DNA of 64,000 nucleotides from Geosiphon pyriformis uo1 (taxonomy: Eukaryota > Fungi > Glomeromycota). Positions within the stretch are counted from its first letter, which is position 1, and each line of letters opens with the position of its first letter. Made by a program: the position numbers and the translations under genes. The stretch spans positions 380,635 through 444,634 of the forward strand of contig JAAOMT010000617.1 in the NCBI GenBank assembly GCA_016748015.1. The letters run 5' to 3'. Under the pieces are notes generated by a model. That model searched no databases. It saw only the letters and a program-made list of their open reading frames with translations, and was not told where the DNA came from. Below are positions 62,221 through 64,000 of this stretch, piece by piece.

Positions 62221-63234
62221 TGTTACTGGAGGTTTTTTGGTCTCTTTTTTTGAATGTTATAAATGTCTGTTGGTTGCAAATTCACATTTTCTAGAAGTAG
62301 TTGAACCTCCAATAACTGAATTTATTTTCAAATTATCTTCTATAATTTGAACTAGCTGGGCTTATAAGTGGAATGGCCAATTTCTTGCCAGTTACTTTAT
62401 GTAGTTACATTGTAGTAAATGTCAACTCTTTCCCAGGAATTGTTCATCTGGAAGCTCACAAAAAATGTGTAGTTACTTTGCTGTGAAAGTCAACACTTCT
62501 ACAGAAATCTCATCTGTAGACTACCCTAATGATTTTAATAAAAAAAATAAAAGAAAAATAAAAAAAATGTAAAAGAAATAGAATTTTGTCAAGGGAAACG
62601 TTTTTTATCCAGGCCTGGAGTTACTAACAGTTTACTGAAATTGGTAGCTAATCAATTTCAAAACGTTAGTTGGGTTTTGGGGATTTTCCAAGTGCAATAA
62701 TTAAAGAATTTGGTTTTTTAAATTATTTGATATTTATTTCTTTTTATGTATATAAGAATGGTTCTAAGTGATAAATCTAAAGTAAGATACATTTTCTTAA
62801 AAAGAAAAGCTCTTCTTTTATACAACTTGTTGTAGTACTAGTCTATGAACTTGCACTTTTTTTCTTTGCTCAAATTTTGGCGAACTAAAGATACATTTTG
62901 ATGGACTACAAGTTATTTCACTGAACTATTGATTAATTTGGGTGAACTATTCATAATTTCGGTGAATTTCTATAAATTTCAGCAAATTTCTTATAAATTT
63001 CAGCAAATTTCTGTAAATTTTGGTGAATTTTTGAATGTTACAAAGTTCAAGATATTGTGTAATTTGATTATCCTACTTTTTGTTATACTAATTGGATTAT
63101 TTAATTAAATCATGATATGTGATAATTGATTAAATAATAAATGATAATTTGAAATGATATTAATATATTAATTAATTATAGGAATTATAAGGGTAATTTC
63201 ATGCTAATTAATAGCTAAAATTTTACTGGTAACA
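62221..63234 (-). repeat. 5' LTR of E
   Basis: Direct repeat of 43456-44405 with extra array units at ~62957-63030. Confidence 0.92.
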
Positions 63235-63258
63235 ATGTGACAAAGACAACCAAGAAAA

Positions 63259-63930
63259 ATGGAAATACCAGAGCATATTTACACCATAGTTTAATAATTA
63301 TTCCAGGCCTTAAGTCAACAACCTTTAGACATGAAAATTATTATTAACAACCAAACAATTTGCTATCAAAACACCAAAAAAAAAACAAAGAATACACCAT
63401 ATCAGCAGTTACTAAAGAATGATAAAAACTGGTCAAACAACATAATAGAAAAAGTAAAAAACACTTTTGAGAAAATACTTATTATGGCACCAACAGAAAA
63501 ACTTACAAATGAGAATTGGAAGCAATAGACAGAACAACTTTTAATATCATACTGTTACTATCAGCTAGGTCGAAAGTTAAATATTCAGAAGTTGTATATT
63601 GACAAATCCAAGAGAATATTTAACCAAAACATAATACAGCAAATTGAAGAATTTATTGAGAAAAAAACAAACTTGACACTACATGTGAGAACAATTTATC
63701 AACTGCACAACATATTTCAGAACTATCCAGAAATACTGTTACAGTCTGACATGGAAACCATAACCATTAACTAATGGGGAAGAATGAACAATACACAAGT
63801 AGAAGATGTAAAGAACAGAGTCAAATAAACAATACTTGAAAAAAAAGTATTAGAGCTAATTCAGAATAAAGATTTTGATAGAGCTCAATATTAAAAAAGA
63901 GGAGATAATGTTACTCATAAAAAAAAAACA
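63259..63930 (+). pseudogene. Family B ORF3 of B3 (several stops)
   Basis: MEIPEHIYTIV..LFQAL..MKIIINNQTICY aligns with D ORF3 MTIPQNIQQISQKLMLIL..LSITITGKHINY; 'YYQLGRKL', 'IYQLHNIF'; runs through the PPT into the LTR; end approximate. Confidence 0.7.
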
Positions 63931-64000
63931 AATATAGGGAGAATAGTAGACCAATGAGTGAATAGTATGTAGCACGTGAACATATTGCTCAACAATATAG
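63909..64000 (+). repeat. Start of family B 3' LTR of B3 (truncated by the window end)
   Basis: TGTTACTCATAAAA... matches 34992 onward; preceded by purine tract AAAAAAGAGGAGATAA. Confidence 0.88.

Larger units (their letters stand above)
43456..63234 (-). mobile_element. Ty3/Gypsy element E (family A subtype), complete, split by D
   Basis: LTRs 43456-44405 and 62221-63234; TSD ACGC/ATGT (two C>T changes); PBS 62206-62218; PPT ~44406-44420; ORF1 62178-56555; IN 56498-56333 plus 46462-45239; ORF3 45093-44386. Confidence 0.9.
34992..64000 (+). mobile_element. Ty3/Gypsy element B3 (34992-43455 plus 63235->64000), split by E
   Basis: 5' LTR 34992-35759, PBS 35762-35778, ORF1 35822-42010, IN 42041-43414, ORF3 from 63259, PPT ~63893-63908, 3' LTR starts at 63909 and matches the 5' LTR start. 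Confidence 0.9.

Overview
AT-rich eukaryotic DNA, most likely an early-diverging fungus (Glomeromycotina/Mucoromycota-like; inferred from intron style and TE content). The first ~3 kb holds two convergent intron-containing host genes: the 3' end of an unknown gene (+) and an IFRD-family gene (-). From ~3.6 kb to the end, the window is one nest of decayed retroelements: an RNase H-bearing LINE plus seven Ty3/Gypsy insertions from three LTR families. Family A: A1 5689-11811, A2 19054-~31192, E 43456-63234, D 46463-56332. Family B: B1 15465-19053, B2 ~31193-34991, B3 34992->64000. Family C: C 19851-27512. Every insertion with both flanks visible has a 4-bp target duplication. Comparing the copies reveals an unusual shared layout. 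ORF1 (gag-PR-Cys-rich domain-dUTPase-RT-RNaseH; family C lacks the dUTPase) stops right after RNase H. Integrase is a separate ORF with its own start behind an A/C-rich spacer of non-conserved frame. A conserved non-env ORF3 then reads through the polypurine tract into the 3' LTR. Other notable points: probable GUG initiation of gag, an elongator-tRNA-Met-like PBS, phased U3 repeat arrays, and pervasive C>T/G>A decay. All protein calls come from motif recognition by eye; no database search was run.
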